Shown in pieces: positions 29,950 through 39,936 of a DNA stretch of 64,000 nt. Source of the DNA: a virus (Duplodnaviria; Caudoviricetes); the IMG/VR virus record IMGVR_UViG_2830687482_000006, positions 11,083 to 75,082 of that record, one strand, 5' to 3'. How positions within the stretch are numbered: the stretch's first letter is position 1; every line of letters starts with the position of its first letter. Position numbers and translations under genes: made by a program. The notes beneath the pieces were generated by a model. It saw only the letters and a program-made list of their open reading frames with translations, searched no databases and was not told the origin of the DNA.

Positions 29950-30454
29950 ATTTATTGAATTTTCCTGTTTTCTGGAAGTTTGAAATCATTTCTCCCACCC
30001 TACCAGCTCGGGGCCGATCATCATGAAGCATTTGATTCTCCTCGGCATCTATAAGAATAGCGCAAGAAGCCATGATGTGTGCAAGGTGACTCATACCGGA
30101 TTCTGGGTCTACGCTCTCGCCATCCTGCCAAGATAATAGGTGACGACCTATGGCATCAACATAAGTTTCAGCCGGGACCGGTGTCTCCCTCCAATTGAAA
30201 GGTCCATATTTCTTAGCTCCAACTCGCATAACTTCTCCCAGATGAAGCAAGGCTGCGGTAGGAATAACACTGAACAGTGAAGGTTTTTTAGCGCCTGCCG
30301 CAGTTTTAGGATTCACAGCAGTCTGACCAGCTATAGAGGTCTCAGCAGGGAAAGTAACTGATAGATTTTGTTGAGTACTCTTATAAGCCGATACAGCGGC
30401 TCCAGTTGTGCTCGGGATTACTTCATCTCTATCCATGTTAATTTCTCCGTCCAA
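29948..30454 (-). CDS. dATP/dGTP diphosphohydrolase-domain protein (DUF5664-like)
   Basis: KPSLFSVIP...GAKKYGPFNW...DAIGRH...DPESGMSHLAH motif set. Confidence 0.85.
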   Translation of the reverse strand: MDGEINMDRDEVIPSTTGAAVSAYKSTQQNLSVTFPAETSIAGQTAVNPKTAAGAKKPSLFSVIPTAALLHLGEVMRVGAKKYGPFNWRETPVPAETYVDAIGRHLLSWQDGESVDPESGMSHLAHIMASCAILIDAEENQMLHDDRPRAGRVGEMISNFQKTGKFNK

Positions 30455-31235
30455 ATTCTTTCAATTCGCTAAGAAGCGAAGGATTACCGCTCAATATTTC
30501 CTCTAACTCATAATTATCCAACATTCTTTCAGCCAAAAATGTTGCTGCGTCTCTACTCAAAACCACTCGGTTCTGGATATGATTTTCGAACGCCGTAACT
30601 GCTATAGGAAAATGAGCTTTTAGCATCCTATGAATAGCCTCAGCATAAACTCGAATCTCATACTGAGCATGGCTATCTTCTCTTAAAAGAAGAAAGTGCA
30701 TCAGATTATGAAGATCAATTTTCCAGCGAACCTTAGTATAATAATTTACTGGAAGAACTGCTCTTGCCAGCTCTCGGGTCAATCCAAGGTCTAGTAGTTT
30801 TTTGTACTCACTGTAAGCTCCAATTGATTGATTATAAATTCGATGGCGAATTTCTTGAGCTACCATGATATCCAAAGATTCTGCCGAACCTTGTTTGTTA
30901 AAAGTACTCTGAGCTTGACATCTTTCAGGCTCTGGAACATAAAACACATCCATAGCTTCTGTATATCGCATGGAGAATTCGTTAAACGCTCCAGTTCTAT
31001 GTCTCATCCACTGACGAGCAACGAAAATAGGCATGGCTATTTCCATGACTACTCCACCGAATTCAATTGGACTTGTATGCCTATCCCTAACTAATCTAGT
31101 AACCAGATTAGCGTCTTTTTGGGGGTCTCCTGAGGATTGAGTAGAGGTTCTAGCAGTTTGAGCTAAGAACTCGTCGTCCCCATCAATTCGGACAAAATCC
31201 ACGTAACCATGATCTAATACCTTTATAGCCGTCAT
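30438..31235 (-). CDS. thyX: Flavin-dependent thymidylate synthase
   Basis: HTSPIEF, IFVARQWMRHR...NEFSMRY, ELARAVLP, HAQYEIR. Confidence 0.97.
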   Translation of the reverse strand: MTAIKVLDHGYVDFVRIDGDDEFLAQTARTSTQSSGDPQKDANLVTRLVRDRHTSPIEFGGVVMEIAMPIFVARQWMRHRTGAFNEFSMRYTEAMDVFYVPEPERCQAQSTFNKQGSAESLDIMVAQEIRHRIYNQSIGAYSEYKKLLDLGLTRELARAVLPVNYYTKVRWKIDLHNLMHFLLLREDSHAQYEIRVYAEAIHRMLKAHFPIAVTAFENHIQNRVVLSRDAATFLAERMLDNYELEEILSGNPSLLSELKEFGRRN

Positions 31236-31625
31236 TTATGCCTCCGTCTTTAGATCAAAATAACCCGGTCGTGGCTTTCTAACAATCCGGGGGAAAGAAT
31301 AAAGCAATATGTAGGGACCATCTCGGCCCGTACCGAGTTCATGTGTACCTGCTTCAAATGCTTTTCGAGCCGCCGCAACCTCGGGAATTTCATTATTCCA
31401 AGTTTCAGTAGATGGCATGCGTCCAACTAGGAATTTTCTCTTTTCTGGGTTTCCATAACCATCCCAACGACACTCACTAGTATCCAATTTTGGTGCAGTA
31501 GGGAGGTTGTCAATGACTTTTTTGACGTGGCTAACCTGCACTCCCAAGCTTTTGGCAGTCTTATACAGCGAGCCGTGTTTGGAATATTCTTCTAGAATAT
31601 CCTTATCTATTTCTAGGTCAGCCAT
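31236..31625 (-). CDS. Hypothetical protein with N-terminal HTH-like segment
   Basis: GSLYKTAKSLGVQVSHVKKVI resembles an HTH. Confidence 0.4.
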   Translation of the reverse strand: MADLEIDKDILEEYSKHGSLYKTAKSLGVQVSHVKKVIDNLPTAPKLDTSECRWDGYGNPEKRKFLVGRMPSTETWNNEIPEVAAARKAFEAGTHELGTGRDGPYILLYSFPRIVRKPRPGYFDLKTEA

Positions 31626-33448
31626 ATGACCTCATCTCCTTCAAATTCTTTATGGGTTATAACGATAATTTGTTTCAAGCGAGACTTGAGTTTTTGAAGA
31701 CTTTCATAAGTTGCCTTGGTTCTTTTCTCTGCCATGTTAGCGTCGATCTCATCAGCAAGAAAAAATGGTATCACTGATTGAGTTAGAACCTGACCCAGAG
31801 CAACCCTCAGAGCCAAGTTTACGACTGAAACACCTGAGCCTGATAGGGTACGAACGTGCTGCTTGTCAACATAAATTTCAAAATCATCGTCAATTATTAT
31901 ATTACGACGATTTCCATCAGTCATTTCTTCTAGTAAACCGCTAGATACCTTAGATAAGGCTGGAACAATATATTGCTTTATCTCACTGCGAATTTTTTTT
32001 AGGGCTTCGCTACCTCTTTTGTAACCATCCCGAGCTGCTTCTGCCTCAGCTATTTGTAGCTCTTGAGCCACATAAAATTCCAGAGTAGCTTCGTATTTTC
32101 CAAGTAGGGCTTCATATCGGATAGCCATGTCCAATTTCTCCCTAAGAAGGGGTTCTGGAGCAGGTAAGTTATCTATCTCGGCCTTCTTCTCTAGATAGTT
32201 TTCATATGGAATAAGTTGAGTTTCATAAACGATCAGACTTTCTTGATATTTTTGTAAGGCAGCAACATCCTCACTACAGTCGACCAATTCTGGTCCTAAA
32301 CTATTAAGCTGATTAAGAAGGACCTGCCTCTCAGAATCAGCCTCCAAAGCTGCTTTTGCTTCTTTTAGCTCTCTCAAACCTAAGGGAGATATAGGTAAAC
32401 TATCGTCATAGTTGTAGCCAGCCCAAGCTGCTTGGGCTTGTCTCTCGTCAGCGATTTCCTCTTTACTCAGCGGGGGAAGCTCGGGTAACTCTTCACCAAC
32501 AACTATGGACCCACAGTTGTCACACTTTATTATTTTGCCTGCTTTAGACAATTGAATATGGGCATGATACCAAGATTCCAATTCTTTTGGAGTGTATCCT
32601 CTAGGATAATTTCCTCGGGCTTTTTGAGCCAAAGAGAGGGCAAATAATTCTAGCTCTTTAAGTGAATATGGATGATGAATTTCAGGGAGATTACTCAATC
32701 TATTTTTCAAATCTTTCCTAATAGCTTGATCTATCTCAAAAAGGCGATTATCCCTTAATACGGACAAACTCACCTCAGGTTTGTCTGGGCAGATTGGAGG
32801 CTGTAGGGGTTTTAGAGAGGATCGTAAAGCCTCATTATGAATTTCTTTGTCTAATCTTGCTCGGAGAGTTTCCGAAGCCTCATAATCATCAGGTTTTTCA
32901 GGCTCATCAAGTTCGATAATTTGTGAACTTAAAGTTTCTGCGAGTTTTTTGAAGCTGTTTGATTCGCTTCGACACTCTTTTTCTACCTCTTCAAACTGGT
33001 CTAATCCTATAACCCTATCTACCATTTCTCTGCGTTGGGCAGGTTTCATGTCCTTAGTGAGTTTATCCAATTCTCCTTGTTGAGCGTTAGCGCAAATATC
33101 AAAGACTTCCAAATTAAATCCTAATAGACTAACAATGAAGTCATTAACCGAACTGGCACCTACGGCTTCGTTTATATTTACAGTAGCTTTGTTACCTTTT
33201 CTAATGATAGTGTAATCTCTACCCTTAATTTCAAGGATAAGTTTTACCTCAAGTGTATCATAATCGCTCCTGTTAGAGCGAAGGGCAGCACTACCAAATA
33301 ATGCGTATCTGATCATCTCGAAAACGAAGGATTTTCCTGCCTCATTTTCGCCTCTCAATACGGTTATGCCCGGTTTGAAATTTAGCTGGTTTTTCAAGGT
33401 TCGACCTGTGCTATTAAAGGTCGCAAGGTAAGTCAGTTTTTTTATCAT
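31613..33448 (-). CDS. SbcC/Rad50-like (T4 gp46-like) ATPase
   Basis: Walker A GENEAGKS, QQGE Q-loop, coiled coil with CDNC hook, LSGSG signature, LADEID, ITH. Likely start ATG 33448. Confidence 0.9.
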   Translation of the reverse strand: MIKKLTYLATFNSTGRTLKNQLNFKPGITVLRGENEAGKSFVFEMIRYALFGSAALRSNRSDYDTLEVKLILEIKGRDYTIIRKGNKATVNINEAVGASSVNDFIVSLLGFNLEVFDICANAQQGELDKLTKDMKPAQRREMVDRVIGLDQFEEVEKECRSESNSFKKLAETLSSQIIELDEPEKPDDYEASETLRARLDKEIHNEALRSSLKPLQPPICPDKPEVSLSVLRDNRLFEIDQAIRKDLKNRLSNLPEIHHPYSLKELELFALSLAQKARGNYPRGYTPKELESWYHAHIQLSKAGKIIKCDNCGSIVVGEELPELPPLSKEEIADERQAQAAWAGYNYDDSLPISPLGLRELKEAKAALEADSERQVLLNQLNSLGPELVDCSEDVAALQKYQESLIVYETQLIPYENYLEKKAEIDNLPAPEPLLREKLDMAIRYEALLGKYEATLEFYVAQELQIAEAEAARDGYKRGSEALKKIRSEIKQYIVPALSKVSSGLLEEMTDGNRRNIIIDDDFEIYVDKQHVRTLSGSGVSVVNLALRVALGQVLTQSVIPFFLADEIDANMAEKRTKATYESLQKLKSRLKQIIVITHKEFEGDEVIWLT

Positions 33449-33484
33449 CCTGACTTCATAATTAGACCGGGGGCGCATGTCAAT

Positions 33485-33784
33485 ATGGAAAAAAAGTATC
33501 CTAATTGGGTAGAATACTTCGTCAAACTGGCAAGACCCGGCTCAATGGTAGCTATGTTTGCTCTTCTGATTTTGGGTGGACTTCTATTCGCTGCGGTTGA
33601 ATTTTTTTCTCCCGGCTCAGGACAAAGAGCATCAGAAGTTTTTACCGGGACTTTGACAAGTTTTCCGATAGCCTACTATGAGACCCTACAGTGGATGTTC
33701 GGCGCTTATGTTCTCGGTCGTTCTGGCCAAGAGATTGCCAAATCCTTGGTGACGAATAAGAAAGAGACGAGTGAAGATGTCTGA
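33485..33784 (+). CDS. Putative holin
   Basis: Two TM segments and the GAYVLGRS motif seen in 3TM-type holins. Confidence 0.6.
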   Translation: MEKKYPNWVEYFVKLARPGSMVAMFALLILGGLLFAAVEFFSPGSGQRASEVFTGTLTSFPIAYYETLQWMFGAYVLGRSGQEIAKSLVTNKKETSEDV

Positions 33785-34142
33785 GTTTTTATTGATGGAC
33801 GTAAAAGGGAGCCTAATTGCTATCCTTCTGGCAGCGTTATTTACAGTCTTGGGAATTTGGATAAAGGGTTGGCTATCTAATAGTGGTAATATTGCTGTAG
33901 CCAAAATCAATGCCCATGTGTCACTTGGCGAGCAAGCTATGCAAGTCATGACAGCAGCTATGGAAGCTCTCAAAGATGAGAACCACAATCTGAAAAATAC
34001 TATTAGTCAGATGAATAGCCAGATGGAGCGCATCATCGAGTATATTTTAATGATGATGAAAGCCGAGACGCAGAGTGAAGCAGATGATGCCGTTAGAAGA
34101 TTGGAACAATATCTAAAATCAATTGGACGATGGGCATACTAG
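33771..34142 (+). CDS. Membrane-anchored coiled-coil protein (lysis accessory?)
   Basis: Single N-terminal TM followed by a coiled coil. Confidence 0.45.
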   Translation: MKMSEFLLMDVKGSLIAILLAALFTVLGIWIKGWLSNSGNIAVAKINAHVSLGEQAMQVMTAAMEALKDENHNLKNTISQMNSQMERIIEYILMMMKAETQSEADDAVRRLEQYLKSIGRWAY

Positions 34143-34190
34143 ACAAAGTAGTTTACATCTGCTACGAAGAATCATTGAAAGGAGTTCAAA

Positions 34191-34553
34191 ATGAAACGAT
34201 TTATTTTGCTTACACTACCTATCGCTTTGGTAGCTTGCACGCCCACTGGAATTACGAGTATTCCCCCTAGCCCTCAGGCTGTAGCTGAGACAACTATTCT
34301 TGATGAGCAGGCAGCTCTTGGTGTAGAGCTGGCATATCAAGCCGCAGCCCTAGCTGCTTTGACTGCTATGAAGAGTGGTCTGGTGGATGCAAAGACTAAA
34401 GTGGAAATTGCTAAAGCCGACACTTTTGCCTATGCACAAGTTCAGAAGGTTAGAGCAGCTTATGATGCTGGCAATTCTGCATCCTATGCTCAGACGCTAC
34501 CAGTTGCGCGTACTGCTGTGGGATCGCTACTAGCTCTAGTGAAAGGTAAGTAA
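34191..34553 (+). CDS. Lipoprotein (spanin-like candidate)
   Basis: Lipobox LVAC after a short signal peptide; Ala-rich helices. Confidence 0.6.
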   Translation: MKRFILLTLPIALVACTPTGITSIPPSPQAVAETTILDEQAALGVELAYQAAALAALTAMKSGLVDAKTKVEIAKADTFAYAQVQKVRAAYDAGNSASYAQTLPVARTAVGSLLALVKGK

Positions 34554-34554
34554 T

Positions 34555-34746
34555 ATGATTGATATTGGTAAAATCATCCACCTTGTGGAAACAGCAGTCA
34601 ACATCACTCCTGAATTCTTGAAGCTTGGTGATGAGGTTGTAAAAATGGTCAAAGGCAAAGATCAGAAAGCACTGCAAACTGCTTTGGCTGATGCTCGAAA
34701 GCGATCAGATTCGCTTCATAATCAAATTCAAAGCGAAGTCAAATAA
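34555..34746 (+). CDS. Small helical hypothetical protein
   Basis: 63-aa ORF coupled to the lipoprotein gene. Confidence 0.45.
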   Translation: MIDIGKIIHLVETAVNITPEFLKLGDEVVKMVKGKDQKALQTALADARKRSDSLHNQIQSEVK

Positions 34747-34749
34747 AAG

Positions 34750-34950
34750 TCACTCTGGTTTCTCGGGAGGATTAAACCACTTCAAGAGAAGGTGGTCGGA
34801 AGCTTGAATAAGAAAAAGAGCTACCATTCCCCCGAGAAACCATTTAGATATCAGGATAAATTGCTCTCTTAACATACTTTGATCAATGGTTGTAAATATC
34901 ATTACAACTAAGGCAATCATCAAAGCTCGAACTGCGTTAATCATCAACAT
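34750..34950 (-). CDS. Small two-TM membrane protein
   Basis: Two hydrophobic segments. Confidence 0.45.
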   Translation of the reverse strand: MLMINAVRALMIALVVMIFTTIDQSMLREQFILISKWFLGGMVALFLIQASDHLLLKWFNPPEKPE

Positions 34951-35902
34951 TTAATTTACCCTTAATTTCGGTAGCTATGTCCTCGGGGACGTTATGCTCT
35001 GCGAGATTTCTTTTCACTACATCCGAAACTTTGAAACCCTCAAAAGAGACTTGAGGCTCGTGGTCATCCATACTTTGTATTTTGGAAACTCTCTGAACTT
35101 TGAAGCCGAGACAGTCTGGAAGTTGTGTGACTTCCTCCCCTTTCTCGGCAAGAACTCTAACATATTTATTCTTAAGAATTTCTGGATTTGTTTCTAGATA
35201 TTCTTCTAGGCTTAGAGTGACATAAAGCTTCCCATTAGGGTCCTCAGCATGGCTCATAGGCTGCATAGACCCGGTGCAAGTCACTGCAATTCCTTCTATT
35301 ACGTATCTACCGGGTATGTGCCAGTGACCAGAGAAAATCTCTTCGGCCCCCATTTTGGTTAGCTCAAGAGCAGGACACATATGATCAGCATACATTTCAT
35401 CATATTTAACTAAATCCCAATGACCTACAGCGTATCGAAATTTTAGTCCTCTAACATCTTCCAGTTGCTCAAGAGCTGTTCTATCCCATTCCCAAGGAAA
35501 CAGAGCCACTTTGTTTATGACTGTAGGTTTCATGACAACGATCAAATTCTTAACTAAGCCATTGAATAGGTTTAGAATATCGAAACCACCCTTGGTTTCT
35601 TTCTGAGCAGAGATATCGTGGTTTCCAGCCATCATGACAAATGTTCGGTATGGTTGACTGTAGGCAGATTTAAGAATCATTTCCAATATGCTGTAGAGGT
35701 CTTGGAGACTACAAAGAGGCTTTTCTAAGAGGTCACCGACCATAATCACCATAGGTTCGTCCCCAGAGTTAAGCCGCTCATTCAAATCAACAAAAAGAGA
35801 GCGTTCCCTCTCACCCTTACGAGCAAGAGGGACTCCAAAATCAAATTTTCTGGTGATATGGGGATCACCAATCAGTTTGAAAGGTTGGGTTTGTTTATAC
35901 AT
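34937..35902 (-). CDS. SbcD/Mre11-like (T4 gp47-like) nuclease
   Basis: IGDPH, VGDL, AGNHD, GHW, SGHWH, TGS motifs. Confidence 0.9.
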   Translation of the reverse strand: MYKQTQPFKLIGDPHITRKFDFGVPLARKGERERSLFVDLNERLNSGDEPMVIMVGDLLEKPLCSLQDLYSILEMILKSAYSQPYRTFVMMAGNHDISAQKETKGGFDILNLFNGLVKNLIVVMKPTVINKVALFPWEWDRTALEQLEDVRGLKFRYAVGHWDLVKYDEMYADHMCPALELTKMGAEEIFSGHWHIPGRYVIEGIAVTCTGSMQPMSHAEDPNGKLYVTLSLEEYLETNPEILKNKYVRVLAEKGEEVTQLPDCLGFKVQRVSKIQSMDDHEPQVSFEGFKVSDVVKRNLAEHNVPEDIATEIKGKLNVDD

Positions 35903-36444
35903 GTCTCTTCCTTAACTTTGGCAAGTAGCCTCAATTGTGTCAGACAATCAGACAAGGCATCATGGTGACTACCCACTCGATCAACATCTGGCTCATAAGC
36001 TCCGGGTTTATCATAACGACCAGATATAAAGCTACGTAAGTCTTTAGCTTCTCGAAAATTGAAAGGCATTGCTAAATCGTGGTCGATAAAGTAGCTTTCT
36101 ATAAAATTCCAATCGAAATTTAGCCCCTTACACCAGAACCTCATATTCGGTTTTGCGACCGCCCAAGCATGAAATTCTAAGATCACTTCTCGATAATAGC
36201 GAGCCTCTCCCATTATTTTAAAATACACTTCCCGATTCTGACCCAACCAAAATTCTTGGGTGTTATCAGTCCAGAAGCGGTCTCTGGGCATTGTCAAACT
36301 TTGTTTGAACATAGATTTAGTATCTATAGCCATGTCGTCATAACGGAAGGGGACGGCACCTATCTGAATTATTGCAGCTTTATCTGGTTGTAGACCTGTG
36401 GTTTCAATATCTACCATGCAGTCAGTAAATTCATATCCTGCCAT
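35872..36444 (-). CDS. DEDDh 3'-5' exonuclease/exoribonuclease
   Basis: DIETTG, IIQIGAV, KGLNFD, HHDALSDC. Confidence 0.88.
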   Translation of the reverse strand: MAGYEFTDCMVDIETTGLQPDKAAIIQIGAVPFRYDDMAIDTKSMFKQSLTMPRDRFWTDNTQEFWLGQNREVYFKIMGEARYYREVILEFHAWAVAKPNMRFWCKGLNFDWNFIESYFIDHDLAMPFNFREAKDLRSFISGRYDKPGAYEPDVDRVGSHHDALSDCLTQLRLLAKVKEETCINKPNLSN

Positions 36445-36836
36445 TTAATTGATTTCCTTTTTTCGAGCACGACTGTGGTGTAAAATTGATCTGCATCCAA
36501 TAAATACCACTGGTCGCTACCAAGATTGTGGACATAAATACGGTATAAGCTACCAAACCCACCTTTATGAAATTTACTGATTGCAGATTTTTGAGCTGGT
36601 GTAAAGGAAGAAAGTGAAAAGCTCGTCATATTGGAGGAGCTTTTCACTTCTGCTAGATATAGTCCACCCCTTGTGGCGATAAGGTAATCACTAGGATTAC
36701 CAAATGCTGCTACATTCTTACCACCATTAAGGCCTACTAAGTCTGCCTTATCCCTTAACCTAAAAACTGTTCCCTCAATATTATTCTCGAAGGTCGCCTC
36801 ACTAGGTTTGCCAGTGTTACGTGACATATTGTTCAT
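36411..36836 (-). CDS. PD-(D/E)XK nuclease, probable Holliday junction resolvase
   Basis: EATFE...PSDY...AEVKSS...Q motif. Confidence 0.7.
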   Translation of the reverse strand: MNNMSRNTGKPSEATFENNIEGTVFRLRDKADLVGLNGGKNVAAFGNPSDYLIATRGGLYLAEVKSSSNMTSFSLSSFTPAQKSAISKFHKGGFGSLYRIYVHNLGSDQWYLLDADQFYTTVVLEKRKSIKWQDMNLLTAW

Positions 36837-37170
36837 CTTCTAGAACTTGACCTCTAATGAAATCTACCACCTCTTCTACAGCATCTTCATCAAAGTCCCA
36901 CTCCTCGATAATATGATATTCATAAGAATCTGAATCAAGTTTTTCCAAACTTAGCGATTGATTTCCCTCATCGAATTCAAGTAAAAAAGGAGAATCTTCG
37001 ATCGCAGCCCTTAGAATATCCCCATCAAAGCTGACCATAACTGTGTCATAATTGGTTTCTAATTCCAAATGGGTCATAAAGAGAGGAAAAAACTCTTTTA
37101 ATTCGCTGTCTCCATACAGCATCTGACTGAACTCACTCTGATCTGCATGAGACAAGAATTTAACCGACAT
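36817..37170 (-). CDS. Acidic hypothetical protein
   Basis: 117-aa ORF, very Asp/Glu-rich. Confidence 0.5.
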   Translation of the reverse strand: MSVKFLSHADQSEFSQMLYGDSELKEFFPLFMTHLELETNYDTVMVSFDGDILRAAIEDSPFLLEFDEGNQSLSLEKLDSDSYEYHIIEEWDFDEDAVEEVVDFIRGQVLEDEQYVT

Positions 37171-39737
37171 TACCTACTCTCCATAATATGGTCAATGACC
37201 CGTTGAATTATATGTTCTGAAAGAGGCTTCCCTTCGTACTCTTCCGGAATTACTCCCTCAATTGGAGATGCTTCATCCAATTCTATCTGATCCTTAACAC
37301 CAAATGTCTTACCAATTGCTACCGTGCAATGCAAGGGCAAAGTTTTTACGTAAGTAGGCTGCTGATTCATTGCGGCTTTAAGGATAGGAATGAACTCTAA
37401 TATGTAATCTTTGTGAACTGAAAACACTAGTTCATCATGAATCGGCATCATGAAACGAACATAGCGCATGTCCGCCGTTTCTCTTATTCGAAGAATAGCT
37501 TGCTTAGCCATTCCGGCGCAAGAACCTTGAATCATAGCATTCACTGCCTGATTTTTAGCTCTACTTTGCATCCCTTTCATAAAGAGTTCAGAGAAATTTT
37601 CCATCGCTCTGCCACCACCTTGGGCAGCAAACTTTCTCTGCATATGAAGCCACCATGCTGGTGTTGCTTCAAATCTCTCTCGACGTTGGCCGTCTGGTAG
37701 TTCAATGTAGCCATAGCGTGCTACTTGCTCACATAAGTTTACTCTCCACTCCTCGGCCACAGAGAAGCGATCACGATAACGATCCACACCCAACCACATT
37801 TCATCAGTGGACCACTTCAATCGGTCTCCTACGTTCCCTAAAGCACCGGAATACCAATAGTTGAAGTTGGCCCCCTTACCTATTTCTGTTCGAATGTACT
37901 TAAAATATTTCTGGGGAGTCATTTCTTCGCCACTCTGTAAGTGACGAAGATCATAATTCAAAGGATTGCGACCATAGCGGAAGTCAAGAAAATGACTCTC
38001 AGTCAAGCCTTCCAAAGTCTTAACTGCGAGACAATCTGCTGCTGAGCCGCTGTGAAGGTCATCATAAGGAATCTGACCAAAGCAGCGCGCAAACTCCGGG
38101 TCTCCACTGTAATCTCCAATGAGAACAAGCTCCACGCCAGACCAGTCAGCGGAAAGAACTACGTGATCTTTCGAATCAGACTCAAAATACGAGCGAACAT
38201 AGGCACTATCCCCATATTTTGCTAGTTGCATGGCGTTAGGATTTGACATAGCCATACGTCTAGTAGCTAGAAGGCTGCTAATTGTGGGATAAACCTTGCC
38301 TGTCTCTGGGTCAATGAGATGAGTATAAGGAGTAATGTAGAGTTTCATTGCCTGCTCTACTGAACTCAGCTTATTAAGAAGAGCCATGAGTTCTAATTTA
38401 TCTGTCTCCCCATTTTTTGAGAATGTGAGTGTGATTCTACCTCTTGCTTCTGCATCAGATGCAATTTTTCCTGCAACTCGAACAGGTTTATGTTTAAGTA
38501 GATCGTAAAAAATCACTCTAGCTGTTTGCCAGTAATTTATATTGAGACGACCGTTTCCCTGAGTATTAGCCCAAGCATTACCGATAGGGTTAGAGACCTG
38601 TGTGACCATTTCAAATGGATCGTCAGAATCTGGAGTTTTGACCCAATCAACAATTTGTTGACGTTTTTTGGCACCAGATTTAGCGTAATAAGATTGAGCT
38701 TTAGCCAGAGGTTCGTTGAGTTCTCTATCAAAAGGAAGAAGTTTGCGCAATGCAGCTTTAATCTCTCGCAAAAGTTGAGCTGTGTGAACTCTTTCCAACT
38801 CTTGTCGAGCATAGATTTCTTCTACATTTAGAGACAGACCTTCAACTTGAGCCTCTGCAAATACGTAGATCATAGGGTTTTCTTGCTTAAAGAAAGTAAC
38901 CAAAGCTTTTGGATTTTGGGCAAGCAATTTAGCTTTCAAAGCCTTGAAAACTTGAACACACCAGTAAGCATCCTCGGCACCATAGCTCTTAGTTTCTTCT
39001 CCAGTCAACTGACCCATATGTTCACGACCATTAAGGCACTGCTCATAGGTGGTCATATCATAATCAAAAAGACTTTTGGTCAGCTTCTTTAAGCCGTATC
39101 CATAAGCTATACGGTCCACGAACCCATTATAGCTGTGAGCTGCTTTAGAGGATTTACCTGCAAATTGACCGTAGACGAACGCCTGATCCGCAGTTAGATT
39201 TCTTCCATGCTTCTCGGGATCATATTGAGAAAATTCCTGTAGAATACTATCTATAATGGGTCGGATATTAGCTAGAGTACTCTTTGAAAAGACCTCGTGG
39301 TCATAGTTGTCAGGGCCATGCGCTGTCACAGCCAGCTGCATAGAGCACACAAGATTAGGCAACCAGAGGTTGTATCTTTGCTTGAAAGTCGTCAACTCAT
39401 AGGGGGCGTTATGAGCAATACCCATTGCACTCTTAGGAATGGCATTGAACCACCGAAAGACAAAACTATCTGGTAATCTATTCTCTATGTCGGCATGATT
39501 AAGATTAACATAGTAGGCCACATTTGACCTATCCACATACCAAGAGAAGCCTGTTACGACCGAACGCCGATGGTCAAAGATCAATTTCTTTGAGCCTAGT
39601 TTTTTGATTCCATCATGAGCTTGAGAGTTTTGAGTTTCACAGTCAACCCCATAAAGACTGCAAGCCGACAGTTCTTCCAGAGCCTGCATTATCACAGGCT
39701 CTGGAGTACGGGCATCAATTAAAATAGTTTCAATCAT
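37170..39737 (-). CDS. polA: Family A DNA polymerase with 3'-5' exonuclease domain
   Basis: Exo DCET, HNAPYE, YGAED; motif A ADWSGVEL, motif B KGANFNYWY, motif C IHDEL. Likely start ATG 39737. Confidence 0.95.
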   Translation of the reverse strand: MIETILIDARTPEPVIMQALEELSACSLYGVDCETQNSQAHDGIKKLGSKKLIFDHRRSVVTGFSWYVDRSNVAYYVNLNHADIENRLPDSFVFRWFNAIPKSAMGIAHNAPYELTTFKQRYNLWLPNLVCSMQLAVTAHGPDNYDHEVFSKSTLANIRPIIDSILQEFSQYDPEKHGRNLTADQAFVYGQFAGKSSKAAHSYNGFVDRIAYGYGLKKLTKSLFDYDMTTYEQCLNGREHMGQLTGEETKSYGAEDAYWCVQVFKALKAKLLAQNPKALVTFFKQENPMIYVFAEAQVEGLSLNVEEIYARQELERVHTAQLLREIKAALRKLLPFDRELNEPLAKAQSYYAKSGAKKRQQIVDWVKTPDSDDPFEMVTQVSNPIGNAWANTQGNGRLNINYWQTARVIFYDLLKHKPVRVAGKIASDAEARGRITLTFSKNGETDKLELMALLNKLSSVEQAMKLYITPYTHLIDPETGKVYPTISSLLATRRMAMSNPNAMQLAKYGDSAYVRSYFESDSKDHVVLSADWSGVELVLIGDYSGDPEFARCFGQIPYDDLHSGSAADCLAVKTLEGLTESHFLDFRYGRNPLNYDLRHLQSGEEMTPQKYFKYIRTEIGKGANFNYWYSGALGNVGDRLKWSTDEMWLGVDRYRDRFSVAEEWRVNLCEQVARYGYIELPDGQRRERFEATPAWWLHMQRKFAAQGGGRAMENFSELFMKGMQSRAKNQAVNAMIQGSCAGMAKQAILRIRETADMRYVRFMMPIHDELVFSVHKDYILEFIPILKAAMNQQPTYVKTLPLHCTVAIGKTFGVKDQIELDEASPIEGVIPEEYEGKPLSEHIIQRVIDHIMESR

Positions 39738-39936
39738 AGGTAATAGTGACCAGACGGACATTTTCTCTAGGAAAAAATGTGTCTCTATTTGTTGTTCCAT
39801 TTGGTTCTACACTGTTAAATATCAACATATCATCCTCTTCCGTAAAAGAGATAACAGCTATTAAAGTTACAATTGACTCCTCTGGATCGAGACCAAATTC
39901 AGGTTTCAAATAGATAGTAGCTTTGGAATTTGTCAT
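39730..39936 (-). CDS. Small hypothetical protein
   Basis: 68-aa ORF coupled on both sides. Confidence 0.45.
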   Translation of the reverse strand: MTNSKATIYLKPEFGLDPEESIVTLIAVISFTEEDDMLIFNSVEPNGTTNRDTFFPRENVRLVTITYD

